Source: Octopus vulgaris
Lineage: Eukaryota
DNA length: 64,000 nt
Assembly: GCA_951406725.2 (NCBI GenBank)
Contig: OX597826.1
Coordinates: forward strand, 19,282,001 to 19,346,000
Direction of reading: 5' to 3'
A program made the position numbers and the translations under genes. This document shows, piece after piece, positions 39,781-54,029 of this stretch (positions are counted from its first letter, which is position 1; the number at the start of each line of letters is the position of its first letter). Under the pieces are notes generated by a model, which saw only the letters and a list, made by a program, of their open reading frames with translations, searched no databases and was not told where the DNA came from.

Positions 39781-41465
39781 TATCTATTATATCAAAGTCA
39801 ATGTCTTTATGTGTTCATGTGTTACTTATACATTCGAAAACTGCTGCACCGATCATAATGAAATTTGGAACACAAAATCCAAGCCTAGGGAGAAGGGTAA
39901 TGCTGTGTGTTTCATACAATTTCATGAACCAAAATTACTGAATGGATCTTTATGATATTTGAAACTTAGATTCAATGCATAAGGGCGGGTATAATGCAAT
40001 ATGTTTGGTTTGAATTTCAGATGGCTTAAAGGGGCAGAACCCCCATGAAAATTCATAAATTTTCGATGTTGATGAAATTTCAACCATGGGTAATTGACAC
40101 ACATCAGAAGTATTCTCAAAGTTTCCACTTCACATGAGGATTCTAAGACACCCTAATGGGGGCCTTAACTCCCAAATTTTAGTCATTTCTTTTATGAACC
40201 AAAACTAGGTCAAAAGTACAGAATGGATCTTTAGGAAATTTGGAAATTATATTCTATGCATAAGGGCCTTAATCCCCATGACAATTCATATATTTTTGCT
40301 GTTGATGACATTTTAACCATACATATTAGATACAAATGAAGTAATATTTATAAAATTTCATCTTCTTACAAGTTAGAAAGACCCGTTCATGGGGACTTAA
40401 CACCCACAATTTAGTCATTTTATCTAAGCAAAGATGAATACAGTTGTACTCTTGGAAGCTGTAGGGTCACCTGAGCATAGAAGATGAGCATTATTTGTAA
40501 TTCAATGGTACAACAGTGTAAGAGTTTACTTTGACATATACTTAGATTGTGATTTCTCCAATGTGCTGTATAAATTGTCAAGTAAATGAGAGGAATCTTT
40601 GCTTCCACTGATTCAGTTGCAAAGTGTTGAGTAAAGTTATTTCATTGCAGACCTCCTTCCAGTCTTTTTATTATCACTGGGTCACACATAGTCTCCAGAT
40701 GGTAACATTGATTTCAAGGCCTTCCCAGATGAGTGACTGGTTATTCAAAGACATTTATAAATTGTAAATTTATTTTGTCCAATTACGTATCAGTATAGTG
40801 GTCATTTGCAAACTCCAGACGTGACACTTTCATTTCTCCTTAGCCTTCACGTCACACAGTTGTTAATGTTTATTTCAGTTGGGTCACGCCCTTCCAATTG
40901 CTATAGATTCATAATGCATCTTACGGCTGTGCCAGTCACCTGGACGGTGAGGAATACTACTTTGGGAGTGGTAACGACTAGGGTAGGATAGCTGACTACT
41001 TATTGTGATCATTCGTCTTTTGGTTTCCGGTAGCTTTGCTCTCTTTTACAAATCCAGTGAACATATATTTCCTATTTCAAAAAAATTCAAACATTAGATA
41101 TAGGACCCAAGGTAAAATGATTCTCAACAATTCAACTTCTCTGCTTGACATTAAGACGCCCACCACCAACAGAGTCCTAAACTCTCACATTTTAGAGCTT
41201 CATGACCTCCATTTTTCAGGAGCAAAATCCTTTTAACAGATTCTATAAGACTGGAATTTTGGAATATGCGCATAAAAATCAGTAGTATGGGATACATGTG
41301 GCACGATTACAATCTTTTTGGGGGTGTGTAAAGAGGGAAATAACCGTTATCTGCAATTTTGATGAAATTCGAAACATAGGTATTCCAGTTCATTACAGAA
41401 AATATGACAGAAAAGTCTAATTTTTCAATTGCATGTAACACGGGCAACGTCGGGTAACTCTGTTA

Positions 41466-41467
<2 letters not shown>
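39781..41467 (+). mobile_element. Helitron-like element with internal subrepeats and a decayed Rep-like segment
   Basis: Starts 'atctattatat', contains 'gcaccgatcataatgaaatttgg', ends in hairpin 'cgggcaacgtcggg' then 'gttagt'; ~250 bp internal duplication (39920-40420); weak Rep-like remnants on minus strand 40420-41030 ('TIELQ', 'NAHLL'). Confidence 0.6.
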
Positions 41468-41507
<40 letters not shown>

Positions 41508-41820
41508 ACATACATGCACACGCATAAAATCTCCTGGCGTATGCATATACAAGTTAGTTGTTACACGCGAAAGAAAGAGAAGGAAAAAATCAGAAAATAT
41601 TAAGTGTGGGGAGAAGGAAGAAAATAGTGGAGAAGAAGAAAAAGAAAATAAAAGAAAAAGAAACAGAGAACTAGCGAGGGAAAGTGGGGAAATAGATAGG
41701 TATATATATATATATTTCGTTTTGGGATTTGGTCTGCAAGATTCTTTATATGAGTTATAAGGCACATTATAAGGCACAAAAAGAAAATGACTCTACCCAG
41801 ACACAACACTATATATATAT

Positions 41821-42238
41821 AATCAAAATAAGCAACAAGGATATCCAGATGTAATGCAGTACGATCGTTTGGATATCCTTGTTGCTTATGTTGATTGTAA
41901 TCATTCCATTTTGATTATTATGGATAATACCATACTAAATTCTGGTGCCTTTAACTTAACCCCTCACCCAACAATTATTTTGAAAATAAATGTATTTTTT
42001 CAGACATATTTTTTTATTGTTTTATTTTACTATGTTTTGAATGGTGATTTCGAGGTATATTTCAAACCTTATTTATTATGAATTTTAATTCAATAATATT
42101 GATTTTAAATTACTCGTTTGCTGTCGATTTTGGCGAGTCAATCTTTTGACGAGTTAACTCGCCAGAGATAGAAAAAAACGATTTCGGTCAAAACGCATAT
42201 ATTCGTTTCTGCCGGGTAAGGGGTTAAGTACCATATTC
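41821..42238. mobile_element. PLE terminal-repeat fold-back fragment (family of 60575-60930) with half hammerhead
   Basis: 'aataagcaacaaggatatcca' / 'tggatatccttgttgcttat' inverted; minus-strand 'AAA-cgatcg-TA-ctgca'. Confidence 0.65.
41960..42223. mobile_element. piggyBac-type MITE (264 bp) with TTAA target-site duplication
   Basis: TTAA|cccctcacccaaca ... tgccgggtaagggg|TTAA; empty paralogous site at 60913-60916. Confidence 0.88.
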
Positions 42239-42277
42239 AACTGAATTAAAATTTTACTGATATATATATCATTCTAT

Positions 42278-42671
42278 TACATTCTTTCACTTGTTTCAGT
42301 CATTTGACTGCGGTCATGCTGAGGCACTAACTTTAGTCGAAGAAATCGACCTCAGGATTTATTCTTTGTAAGCCTAGTACTTATGTTATCGGTGTCTTTT
42401 GCCGAACCACTAAGTTTCGTGAACGTAAACGCACCAGCATCTGTTGTCAAGCGACATCGGGGTGACGAATACAGACACGCACACATAAATATATACATAT
42501 ATATATACGATGGGCTTCTTTGAGTTTCCGTCTACCAAATCCTCTCACACGGTTTTAGTTTGCCCGAGGCTATAGTAGAAGACACTTGCCCAAGGTGCGA
42601 CGCAGTGGGACCGAACCCGGAACCATATGGTTGAGAAGCAAGCTTCTCATCACACAGCCACGCCTGCGCCT
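42278..42671 (-). mobile_element. SINE family A
   Basis: Homology to 9589-10003. Confidence 0.9.
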
Positions 42672-43013
42672 ATACACACACACAAACACACACACACATA
42701 CACACACATACACACGCGCGCACACACACATGCATATTTAAATACATACACACACATATGCATATTTATATACATATATGTATATATACACACACACACA
42801 TATGGGTATTGTTTTCTGAGACGGAAAAAATAGTAGGAGGAAAGGAAATTTTATTTGATTCACTTGAAGTTGTATTGTTCAGCTTGTCCTACTGATGCTA
42901 ACAGAAACCACTCATACACTGGATGTTGTGACCCTTTGGCCTACATTGATATTACATAATCATGCATCATATCATTAAATCTTATTTCCTTCCTATTTGC
43001 CAGACCTTCACGT

Positions 43014-43064
<51 letters not shown>

Positions 43065-43879
43065 CATAATCATTTTCATTTGTCTCAACTGACACAACGC
43101 TTCTTGCAGTCATGTCCGCCTCTTCTTCCTTATTCTTTTTTGAAGGAGCAATTTTGCGATTCTCCAAGTGACGTAAAAAGAGAAACACCTGAACTATGAC
43201 TGCATAATATTTACACCAGCGACATCATTGACGTTTCCTACTGATGATATTCTTAATAGTCAGACACATGACAAATCTTGGCTCAGAAGACGTAGAAACA
43301 AAAAAACATTCCAGGAATACATTATCTCTCCTTTACTTATTCAAGTTGTAGAGTGTGAGTTGAGAGAAATGGCTACTATTTCTAGCAGGTAGAGCAAACA
43401 GTTAGAGTATCATGTGTAGGTTGTTATCGATGTTTTTAGTGTTGTATTGTTGTTTGTCTCAAATGTACTGGAAACAAAAACAAAAACAAAAACAACATAA
43501 AATATAGAAACGTATGAAACGGTGGATAATCATGGACACAGTTTTGTGTACGAAGGCTGTGAAATTTTTTAAATAATGGTATGTGAGATTGTTTTTCATC
43601 AAAACATATTCGATACAGTTCCTTATTACTTGTTGATTGAAGCAAGGTTGTAGTTCTGTACCTATATTCTTCTCCTTATAGTTGGCTATGACAACCTTAG
43701 AACCTTCCTCCGTGCAATTCAGTTGTTGACATCAGATATTGTTTTGAAGGTAAACTATTTAATAAATTCAGATTTCACTCCCATCAACTTATCAACATCC
43801 AACACATCTTAGAGTTTCAATATATCGATGGAAATTCTATTCTATTTCCAGAAACCAGTCTACAATTTCAACAGTACTT

Positions 43880-44440
43880 ATGATTTTTAGGCCTCAGTGA
43901 ATATCAAGAAGACGGAAGTTCCCAGGCAACATTCTCCAAAACCTCCATAATTTCAAAATCACCATCCCTGATATATCTGTTGAAAATGTTGATAACTTCC
44001 CCTTTCTTGGATGGATTCTTTCTAACAAATGTGCTTCCGAAAAGAATGAAGAACACATTTATTGGATCAACCTATCCAACATGATGAAAATTGGCAAAAC
44101 AAGTCTTTAAGAACGTATATCTATCCCCAACCAACCATCAATAAAAAAAAAAGGAAAAGAAAAAGCTGATGCTCTATCAAGCTGTCATCGTCTCATCTTT
44201 TTTATACGGTTGTGAAACATGGCCACTTTGACGCTTGGACACCAAAAAGCCAAGACTTTTCCATCAGCTATCTTAAACAACAAATGGGGGAGGGGGGCTA
44301 CGTTACCGGTAATATTTTCCAAGAAAAAGCGAGCAGTTTAGCATAGAATCAACAATGACGGAACATGAGCTACGATGCAGTCAGAATGAAAGAAAAAGGA
44401 TTTTCTAGTCAGCGGGAAAAGATCTCGAAGGTGTTTTTTC
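43880..44440 (+). pseudogene. RTE-like LINE RT remnant
   Basis: 'GLSVNIKKTEV', 'LLKMLIT/ENVDNFPFLG', 'KLMLYQAVIVSSFLYGCETWPL', 'FHQ'. Confidence 0.75.
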
Positions 44441-44763
44441 TGGCGTTACAAAAACCAACTAATATCAACCATCATAATGATTGGGATTTGAAACAGATAC
44501 ATGCGAAACTGGGCGTCCAATTTCTAAGGGCCAAGAACCCACTGATGAATGATATAGGAATCAAGGGTCCACTTGATCTAAATTTACTTGAGTTCTACTG
44601 ATAGCCATTAAGGAGGGAAAGTGATTCAAGGTGTTTTTAATAAGGTTTTTAATAATGGCTGTCTCCACCACCTTTGGAGGAAGCCAGTGAGATAGGGTGA
44701 TGGGGAAGTTGCTGCTTTGGGATAGGGCGCATTCTAACTTGTTTACAAAGATGTAGATATATC

Positions 44764-44806
<43 letters not shown>

Positions 44807-45026
44807 AGGGAGAAAGAAGGATGGAGAGAGACGCACACAATGTGAGAGAGAGTGAAAGAAAGAAAGAAAGAGCAACACGTTGGTGACGCTAGATACTGTT
44901 TTGGGGGTGGGAGCACTAAGTAGTGATGCGTCAGTGAAAACACTGCTTTAGGGATATGGAGCTGTGATGCATATATATGCGAGGTGGGAAGACTTGTAGA
45001 GAAGAAAGGATAGATAAGGATAACAT

Positions 45027-45960
45027 TAGGTTGTCCGGAAAGTTCTAAGCGTTTTTAAGTTAAATCTTTTAATGCTTCACTGAACACACCTGAAACGTAA
45101 CACAATTAAATATTTTGGCGTCCTTGAAGTGGTAGTACATCTCTTCTTTGTTCTTGACTAAATATATATTTATCTTTCATTCTGGTTACTTTTTATTGAC
45201 ATTTGAAATGGAGAACCAAAAATTTCATATTCGCTTTAAAAAAATGAAATGCTGCAAAGACTTTCAAAATATTTGTGAAGTTTATGATGATGATGATGCT
45301 GTCGGTGAATCAACTGTTCGAAAGTGGTCTGCAAAATGTAAAGCTGGCGAGTTTAGCTTGGAAGATGACAGTCGCAATAGAAGACCTTCAAAATTGGATG
45401 AAGATGTTTTGAAGGAAAAATCGAAGGTAACTTAAATATCACGACTAGAGAACTTGCAGAGGAGTTGGAAGATTCTAAAAGTACGGTTTATGAACACCAA
45501 GTAAAGCTAGGGTACATTTCTTGCTGCAAATTATGGATCCCTCACAAATTCTCAGAAAAGAATTGTTTGGACCGGTATTCTGTTTGTGATATGCTTTGAA
45601 ACGGAATGAAAGCATACACGGTGATGAAAAATGGACGTAAACGTAGTGCAAAATAATCCTGGAGTTTGTGTAAGGATCCCACAAGACAGCAACCAAAGAC
45701 GAATATCTTGTGTTTGGTGAGATCAGAAAGGCATTATTTATTATGAGCTTCTCATACAAAACCAGACCATTAATTGTGATGTGTACTGTCGTCAGTTGGT
45801 TAATTTAAACCAAAAATCAAAGACTTAATATTTCATGTATGTCTGAAGCAAAGCGGTAAAAAAATACGGAGGTTTATCCGCTGAAGTACTATACACAAAA
45901 CCCTCAATATGTAGCACTGAAGGAAAAAGTGATACCGCAAAAATTGGTACAGAAAATTTT
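45027..45960 (+). mobile_element. Decayed mariner element
   Basis: TIR 'ttaggttgtccggaaagtt'; 'ICEVYDDDDAVGESTVRKWSAKCKAGEFSLEDDSRNRRPSKLDED', 'WIPHKF', 'TGDEKW', 'YYELL'. Confidence 0.85.
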
Positions 45961-46199
45961 GGAATGGAAGGGTAGTGAATTTGGGAGTGGGTGAGAGAGC
46001 TTGTGAGTTGTGTGATATATGAAGGCATTCCTCGTGGTTTGAATGATGATTTGCATGTTGTACAGTGTAGCGTTAGTGTAGTTCAAAGTTGTGTGTATCC
46101 TACGGCAGTAGAGTGTAAAAGAGTATACTGCTGTGGCATGTTATATAGTGAGTGTAATATTGGGAACAAGAATGTAGTTGATTGCAGTGTATTATATTC

Positions 46200-46429
46200 T
46201 TTTATTCTTTTACTTGTTTCAGTCATTTGACTGGGGCCATGCTGGAGCACCACCTTTAGTCGACCAAATCGACCCCAGGACTTATTCTTTGTAAGCCTAG
46301 TACTTATTCTACCGGTCTCTTTTACCGAACCGCTAAGTTACGGGGACGTAAACACACCACCATCGGTTGTCAAGTGATGTTGGGGGGACAAACACAAACA
46401 CACAAACATATACACACACATACATACAT

Positions 46430-46474
<45 letters not shown>

Positions 46475-46631
46475 TATGACGGGCTTCTTTCAGTTTCCGT
46501 CTATCAAATCCACTCACAAGGCCTTGGTCGGCCCGAGAAGACACTTGCCCAAGGTGCCACGCAGTGGAAATAAACCCGGAACCATGTGGTTGGTAAGCAA
46601 GCTGCTAACCACACAGCCACTCCTGCGCCTG
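46200..46631 (-). mobile_element. SINE family A
   Basis: Homology to 9589-10003. Confidence 0.9.
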
Positions 46632-46700
46632 TAATAAATATAGTGTAATGAATTAGTTAATGTAGTTTAATCTACGGTTACGTAATATTGTGTAATGAAT

Positions 46701-46917
46701 AAGGCGGCGATCTGGCAGAAACGTTAGCACGCCGGGCGAAATGCTTAGTGGTATTTCGTCTGTCTGTACGTTCTGAGTTCAAATTCCGCCGAGGTCGACT
46801 TTGCCTTTCATCCTTTCGGGGTCAATAAATTAAGTACCAGTTGCTTACAGGGGTCGATCTAATCGACTGGCCCGCTCACCAAAAATTTCGGGCCTTGTGC
46901 CTAGAGTAAAAAAGAAT
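46701..46917 (+). mobile_element. SINE family B (Deu/Nin-domain-like), full length
   Basis: A-box 'tggcagaaacgttagc', B-box 'gagttcaaattcc', central 'gcctttcatcctttcggggtcaataaattaagtaccagt'. Confidence 0.9.
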
Positions 46918-46929
46918 ATCGTGCAATGA

Positions 46930-48370
46930 ATATAGTGTAGTTAGGTTTAAGTGTAATAAATTGCGGTGCAATGTAGGTTAGTAAAGCGCAGTTAAGTGTA
47001 ATGGAATAGAGAGTAGTTTTAGCGTACCGCAATATGGAGTAGTTTCAAGTAATGTAATATAGGATATTTTAGTGATATTTTAGATATTTTAGCAATACAG
47101 AGTAGATTAATGTTGTCTAATATAGAGTAGTTTAGTGTCGTGTAATATAGAGTAGGAGTAGTCTAATGTAATATAGAGTAGTTTATTGTAGTGTAATATA
47201 GTGTAATCAAGTGTACTGTAACATAGAGCAGATTAGTGTAATATTGAGTAGTTTAGTTTAGTGTAATATAGAAGAGTTTAGTGTAATTTCATATACGCTA
47301 GTTTATAGAGGTGTAATATGGCATAGTTTAGAGTACTGGCATTTTAATGTCCAGTTAGCGGGACCCGTGAACATTTCACCGAATTAATGGAAAACTTTGT
47401 GGATTATTTCTGAAAACTTTATCCAAAAAATCTGAAAGCATAGCCTGTGTTGTGTCTGTATCAAAAGATAGTCGTTCATCTGCTAATCATTGAAAAGTGA
47501 AGGAAATTGAAATACGATGTTTACTTAATGCACTTTACATATACACTTTGTATAGTTTATTCTCAATTTTATAAACTTAATATACAACATTTCCCTCTTT
47601 CTCTCTTACTCTTCGCTATATCCTCTTTTATCTCTCTCTTCGCTTTATCTTCTTTTTCTCTCTCCTTTTTTTTTTTTTTTTGCTTTTGCTCTTCACCTTT
47701 CGCTTCAACTAAATCACATGAAAGCGTTACAGACGAGCTAAATAACGGAGAAAAACAAAACTTAGTTCAAAAAGAAAATTACACATTTCACTCACAACCA
47801 TCTCCTACCTCCCCCTTCCCCTTCCTCGTCTCCCTCGTCCTCTTCCAACCCCTCCCATCCTCCCTCTCTCCCCCTTCAACTAATCACGTGGAAGTGTTAC
47901 GGACCGGTTAAGTAACGGAGGAACAAACAGAATTATTATTAGATACTATAATATAGTTTAGTTTAGTAATATATATATGGTAGTTTTCTCTTGTGTACGT
48001 TTGTGAAGTTTCGAATAACTTCGAATAGTATAGTTTAATGTACTAAAATAGAGTGTAGCTTATTGTATTGCATTGTGGGTAGAGTAACTAAATGTGATAT
48101 ACATTGGAAGTGTGTTTTAGTGTCTTGCAGCAATAGTGTTTTATGTATTTCAATGGAATATAACTGAGCTTAGTTTAATGTAACTTGGTGTAATTTTTGG
48201 CTGTATATCATTATGCTGTTTAACGCTGATAGAATGTAGTTTAAAGAAATGTAACATTGTGTAGTTGACTTCAGTGTAAGGCAGAGCATTTTAGTGCATT
48301 GAAATATATTGTAACTGGCTGTAATGTAATAAAGGGTTTTAGTGTAGCAGTGCAGTTTAGTGCTGTGTAG
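46930..48370. repeat. Degenerate (TAGTG)-derived satellite with ~20-bp higher-order unit (gtgtaatatagagtagttta); two blocks
   Basis: Recurrent 'gtaatatagagtag' at 47080-47330; more eroded block at 47940-48370. Confidence 0.65.
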
Positions 48371-48787
48371 TACGATTTGTATCAGTGTTGCTCAATTTAT
48401 CTCACGCTCTGCAATTATTGTTCCGAAGTTTGAACGAGTTCATGGTAATCATTTACCATCGCCATCTTTCATTATCGAATATGTTCTGTCCTTTTGAATG
48501 ACAGCAGATTGTTATTTGGGGGAATTTTGAGAGGCCTTTTTAGAGTGTCGAGCGACCACTGAGAGCGTATTTATCTTTACTGTTGTTCGTGGCGTAGCGT
48601 GGTGTTGTTGTTGAATATAATAATGCTAGGTTGTATAGGTGCAGCTAAGCGTTCACTCATCGACCACAGGGAGATGTGTTCAAGGATGTAATGAACAGGA
48701 GCTAAACGACGATGGCAACAACTATCGCTGCTTCTTCTTCTTCTTCTTCTTCTTCTTCTTCTTCTTCTTCATTTCCTCCTCCTCCTT

Positions 48788-48839
<52 letters not shown>

Positions 48840-48898
48840 GGTTTTATTTCAGTATCAAAAACAATAAGAACATTATTAACAAGTTTTGAAAAATACAC

Positions 48899-49235
48899 AG
48901 GCACAGGCGTGGCTATGTTGTAAGAAGTTTGCTGCTTGACTACATGGCTCCGAGTTCAGTCCCACTGCGTAGCACCTCAAGCAAATGTCTTCTACCATAG
49001 CACCTGTCTCACCAAAGTCTTTAGTTGACGGAAACTGAAAGAAGCCCGTTGTGTGTGTGTGAGTCTAAGTACTTTGCTGTGTTTACATCCCCTCTCTGTA
49101 ACTTAACAGTTCGGCTCAAAGAGATCAAAAGAATATGTACAAAGCAAAAAAATAAGTAGTGGGGTCGATTTTCTTCGACTAAAACCCTTCAAGGCCATGC
49201 CCCAGCACGGCCACAGTCCAATGACTGAAACAAAT
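48899..49235 (+). mobile_element. SINE family A, diverged
   Basis: Homology to 9589-10003. Confidence 0.85.
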
Positions 49236-49401
49236 GGAGGATAACGATATGGCTGATAAACATGTCTCCTGTAAACGTGAGAGGATAATTTGGTGGCTAA
49301 TTGTTGTGCTAGTGCTCGTTGTGTCAATTTAGCTCCCCCAGTACAAGATACCAAATGTTTCACACATTACACAATTGAAATGAGCTTATATATATTCTCA
49401 A

Positions 49402-49758
49402 CAGGTTGATGCACTTCTGCAACTGTGTAATTGAGGTTTACAGTTCAAATTTATCAAGAAATACCTGCAGTGGGGGCTACAACAACGATAAGATTATTAA
49501 CTCTTGTATAAAATTTGCCGCTTTAAAACAACTGTTACTAAAAAAACTTGCTGCTCTCTACACTATGGACTATTGTGTCATTGAATGGGTCTTGACTTTC
49601 AGCATTGGTATCATTTCTGGGTAATTTCTGGGTGGGTGTTGGTTTTAATAAACACTAAATTGGTCTTTTAAATAAAGCTTCCATTATCTCCGAGAGAAGC
49701 TGGCTTACAGGAGGCAATTGATTTATATCCGTACACCAAGTTTGCGCTGGCGGCAAGA

Positions 49759-49761
<3 letters not shown>
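49402..49761 (+). repeat. 360-bp segment duplicated at 56012-56372
   Basis: Near-identical direct copy. Confidence 0.95.
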
Positions 49762-49797
<36 letters not shown>

Positions 49798-50279
49798 TTC
49801 TTTGAATATGAGTATATGTGTTCATGTTGGTGTGTTCGAAGATAACAAAACATACTTAAAATATCTGTCTAAAAATGCTCCTTCCTATCAATGCACACAC
49901 ACTCAAACATACACAGATACACGCACACACACACACACACACACACGAACACACACACATTAAGGGAAAGAGGGGACGGAAAGAGAGAGAGGAAGATAAT
50001 TTCGTTTTAGCTGTTTTCTGGAGGACGGAGTAGTGTTCATGATGTTTGTAGCTCTCCGAGACCGGCGAGTTTGATGCCATTACTGTTCCTGGTGCAGTAT
50101 GTAGGCTGAACGCAACTAATGGGACGAAAGATGGAGGGACGAATGCGTTGCAGGTGTATGGGTGGAAGGGGTGCGAGAAAAGTCACCTCAAACAAACATA
50201 GACCATTATAAAAGCGATCGAAAAGAGATAAAGAAGAGAGGGGTCGCCTGTGGGCCAAAGGTTGGATCGTCTGTCAGTG

Positions 50280-50800
50280 ATTTAATGCAATCAGTCGAGT
50301 AGCTTTTTATTTGATGTAGGCTATGATGTTGCATCACCGTTAAATATGTAAGAGCAGAACTCCATTGAGGTCCCTATTTGCTGCATGTAGAGTGTCACCA
50401 ACAGGTAGGGATTGAAATGTTTTCTGGCCTTGAAGAGATGGTCCAGTGTTTGAGATGGCATCTTTCTATGCTAAAATTGTACTTTTTCCCTAAAGAATTC
50501 TTCGATGGTAGTGAGAACCAGCATTTGAGGCGCTTATGAAGGCTCTATTTATGTTCTTCTAATGTTTAGGTGCAGCTTAATGCAGCAGTGTTTTCTAGAT
50601 ATGAGGAGTAATTGAGATTTTTTGTTTACTGTTGAAAGAGATAAGACTGACTACACTGAAGGATGCTTTCAAGTTTTCCGTTCATTGCATCTATGCAAAT
50701 TTAGCGTATTGTGTCTAGGTTGTGCGTGGATGATGCATGGTTGAGAAAGGTGAGGAAGGAAACAAGGCTCATGTCATCTGCCAAAGAAAAGCTAATTAAC
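50280..50800 (-). pseudogene. Decayed LINE RT remnant
   Basis: 'SFSLADDMSL' (YADD-like), 'LDHLFKARKHF', 'TLY..QIGTSMEFCSYI'. Confidence 0.65.
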
Positions 50801-51214
50801 AGGTGGCTACTTTAATTTAATACTGCTTCTATTCCATATAGCGAATTTTCATTCAACCCGACGGCTATCTGCAATACCAGTGAATTATTAATTATCCAAG
50901 TATTCTATACTTATCTGAATTTTGTTTTCGACGTCGTACTTAATCCGCTCACGCTTGTGCTCATTTATGTTGGTTCTTCTTATCCATTGGTTTCCTGTTA
51001 AACTTTCACTTATCCTCTCTTCTTCTTTTAGCTGTATCAATTTATTTATTTATTGTTTTTCGATACTTCAAGTCTTTCATTTCGTGTTATTGTGCCAAAA
51101 AAAGAATTAAATTTGCGTTGCAAAAACATTGCAGAAGTTTAAAAAAAAAAAGTTCTTTATTATAAGCGGAAAAAGGCCTGCATTTTCGAGTGCTAAAAGT
51201 AAATCTAAGTTGTC

Positions 51215-52120
51215 GAGATAAAACATCATACCGGATGTGAAACTGCAAATGTTGAAGTGAATGAAATCTGGCGAACAACAGACGTATCTAGTTAAGTCTT
51301 TATACTTAACGACATCGATGGCTAGAACCAATATAAAAAATGCCGACGAAACGCAACGTAATATGCCTTACTTAGCGAAATAGCAGTAAGCGAGGGTTTT
51401 TCTGTATCTCAGCGCGCGCATATACACACATTCACACATATAATATATACATACACGCATCATAATGAAAACAGCAAAGATCATCTTCATATCAAAGACA
51501 AGGAGAATATAGTTCAGAAAAATTTATAGCAAGTAGAATTTGGTGTGATAGATGTAACTGGCACCATAATCTATAGAGCATACACTTCTTAAGAGTAGCA
51601 TCAAATATGGCAACTATTCTCTCCAGCTTTGAGCTACAAAGATAAGATATAGCAGGTTCATCTTTGAGAAAAGAATACCAACCCACACATTCATTTCCTG
51701 TGAAGAAAAACCTTTCTGAGTTCAAGAAAAGAAAAGATTGTGTAATATTATTGCTTAAGGACAATGCTTCAGATGAGTCCAATATTATCAAAACCAATAG
51801 CCGTCAATGGGTTGGCTAATAAAGGAAGAATACAAAATGTCAATGCGCAAGACTTGGAGAAGTTAGCTCAGATACTTGGTAAAGATTTATCGATTGGAGA
51901 TCTGGAGAAGCTTTTACTGCAAAAGACCCAAAATGAACTTAAAACCCATCTGTAGAGCTGGCAACACATGAAAGAATTTTTACAACTGAATTCTTCAATA
52001 GCATCACCACGATTAGGAAAATCATTGACCGGTTTACTGAAAAGGAATCGTATTGGAAGCGTAGCAGCTAGACAGATAAAAAAACAACAACTTTGTGAAG
52101 AAAAGATTAAATTCAAATGA
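51215..52120 (+). pseudogene. Tigger/pogo-like transposase remnant
   Basis: CENP-B-type HTH 'DVKLQMLK*MKSGEQQTYLVKSLYLTTSMARTNIKNADE', 'FIASRIWCDR..HNL' (cf. FTASxGWFxRF), 'ILLLKDNAS' (cf. LLLDNAPGH). Confidence 0.8.
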
Positions 52121-52558
52121 CATTAAATGTATTCATCGAAAAGTAACCAATATGTGGAGAAGTATCGCATTCTTGAGCTTAATACCAGATAAAGCCTCTT
52201 GTCTTATTGTCCTATTTCGCGCTGCTGCTTTTCAACTGAATTAGTAGAGAGCGAGTTTGTGTACTCGTGATTAAAACTAATTTATTTAACCTATGACTCT
52301 ATAGCATTACATCTGCTTAAACTTGTAGTCTAAATTCAAATCATTGTGCGAAGTTATCTGAAATTATAAAGTATTTGAAGATGCAAATAAAGTATATGGA
52401 TTGTTTATCACTTTCATTTGTGTTCGTATTAATGTTAAAAATAACCTAGCATACTTGTATTTTTTAATTATGCCGTTATAATGATCTTGATTAGTGCTGT
52501 TTTGTTTATCTTTACATTAAAAATGTAACTGCAGTTACACAGTAGTATTACTCTGCAT

Positions 52559-52590
<32 letters not shown>

Positions 52591-52713
52591 TAATCAATAT
52601 AAGGGTAGCAAAAAATTCAATAGAAATTTTTTTTCGCCACCAGCGGTCTAGTGAGAAAGAAAAAATAGTCAAGAGACTATTTAATATACATTCAACAATG
52701 ATATGTATATATA

Positions 52714-52797
<84 letters not shown>

Positions 52798-54029
52798 TTG
52801 AATTGTAATAATATTTATATTTTCATATACAACTTTTTCACTGATCTCGGTTCTGCTTATGGCTGGGGATATTGGCCGAGTAATACAGGCATTGATGTAG
52901 CGGATATTTTAAATTTAGTCTCTTCGGTAGATCTACTTGACGAGGACCAATCAGTTTTTCTATAACGAATACTCGAGTTCTAGGTTGTCCATTTCTCTGG
53001 CGTTCTTCCAAGAGACAAGACGAAATTTTATTTATATTCGCCGCTCGCACACATCTTTGCCTCTATGCATTCAGTAAAGCTTTATCTACCGTCGAACGAT
53101 TATCGACTGCTATTTCCAGTAAAAATTTGTACCTTGTGGCGCCACTATTTCCTGTATATGTGTGTGTGTGTGTGTGTGAAGAGAGAGAGAGGGAGAGAGA
53201 GAGAGAGAGTGGAGTGAGTGGAGTGAGTGAGTGGAAGAGAGAGACAAACAGACACATATAGATTTTGGTAGGGTTACCATACATCCCAAGTTGACAGAAT
53301 TGACCCAGTTCCGCAAAACTGTCCCACCATTCCGTCCGGTTTCAAATTGCATTTTTCTTTTTGATAACACAAGAAAGAAGACCTATTTGGAAATTTCTAC
53401 TTTTTCTAAACTCTAAACCTCATGCACGCGGGCAATTACAAGCATTTTGCATTCATTCTAAAAAAAATTCAATTTATCTTTTTATTTATTTTTGCATTGC
53501 AAAAAATGGTGAGGACAATTATCAAAGAACTCTAAAATGGATTTCTTAAAAGAAAAAAAGAAAAGATGAAAATCAATTACTGCTTTGCAGAATTCATAAA
53601 TAAAAGAAATGATGCGGCTTGTTGCCACCAAGAGAGCCACATTGACTTCAGTTTCAAAACATTTTACCTTACTTCAGCCAATGTTTTGTCTAAACACGTT
53701 TAGAGCCCTAAGTTTTATCTAATGCGAACAAAACACGAAGCTATTATTTTGAACGTCATTATCACTAATGTCTAAATCTGAATGCGTTAAAAACTTGGAA
53801 GAAGCAAACTTTGTGACACAAAATATTCAACAGTGCAGTCACAGACATACAAAAAAAGTAGGAAGAATGTGGTAGGAACAAGTGGTAGCTCTAGCATTCT
53901 GCATCAGCCAGTGAAAGTTTCAGCCAGAAAATTGTTAGAATGCGTAATGCTTTTTTCATCATATACATAATGATATAGTTTTTATATAATAAATTTAATT
54001 TACAGCTACTTCTCAATGTAATAACAAAG

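Noticed and set aside
46930-47330. Regularly recurring ~20-bp units suggestive of a CRISPR-like array
   Set aside because: No unique spacers; degenerate satellite in eukaryotic DNA
48638-48725. Short unique stretch after 'tgtatag' that could be an exon
   Set aside because: Weak splice signals and no recognisable protein
53269-53300. 'tagggttaccata' resembling a hAT-type TIR
   Set aside because: No partner inverted end or TSD located
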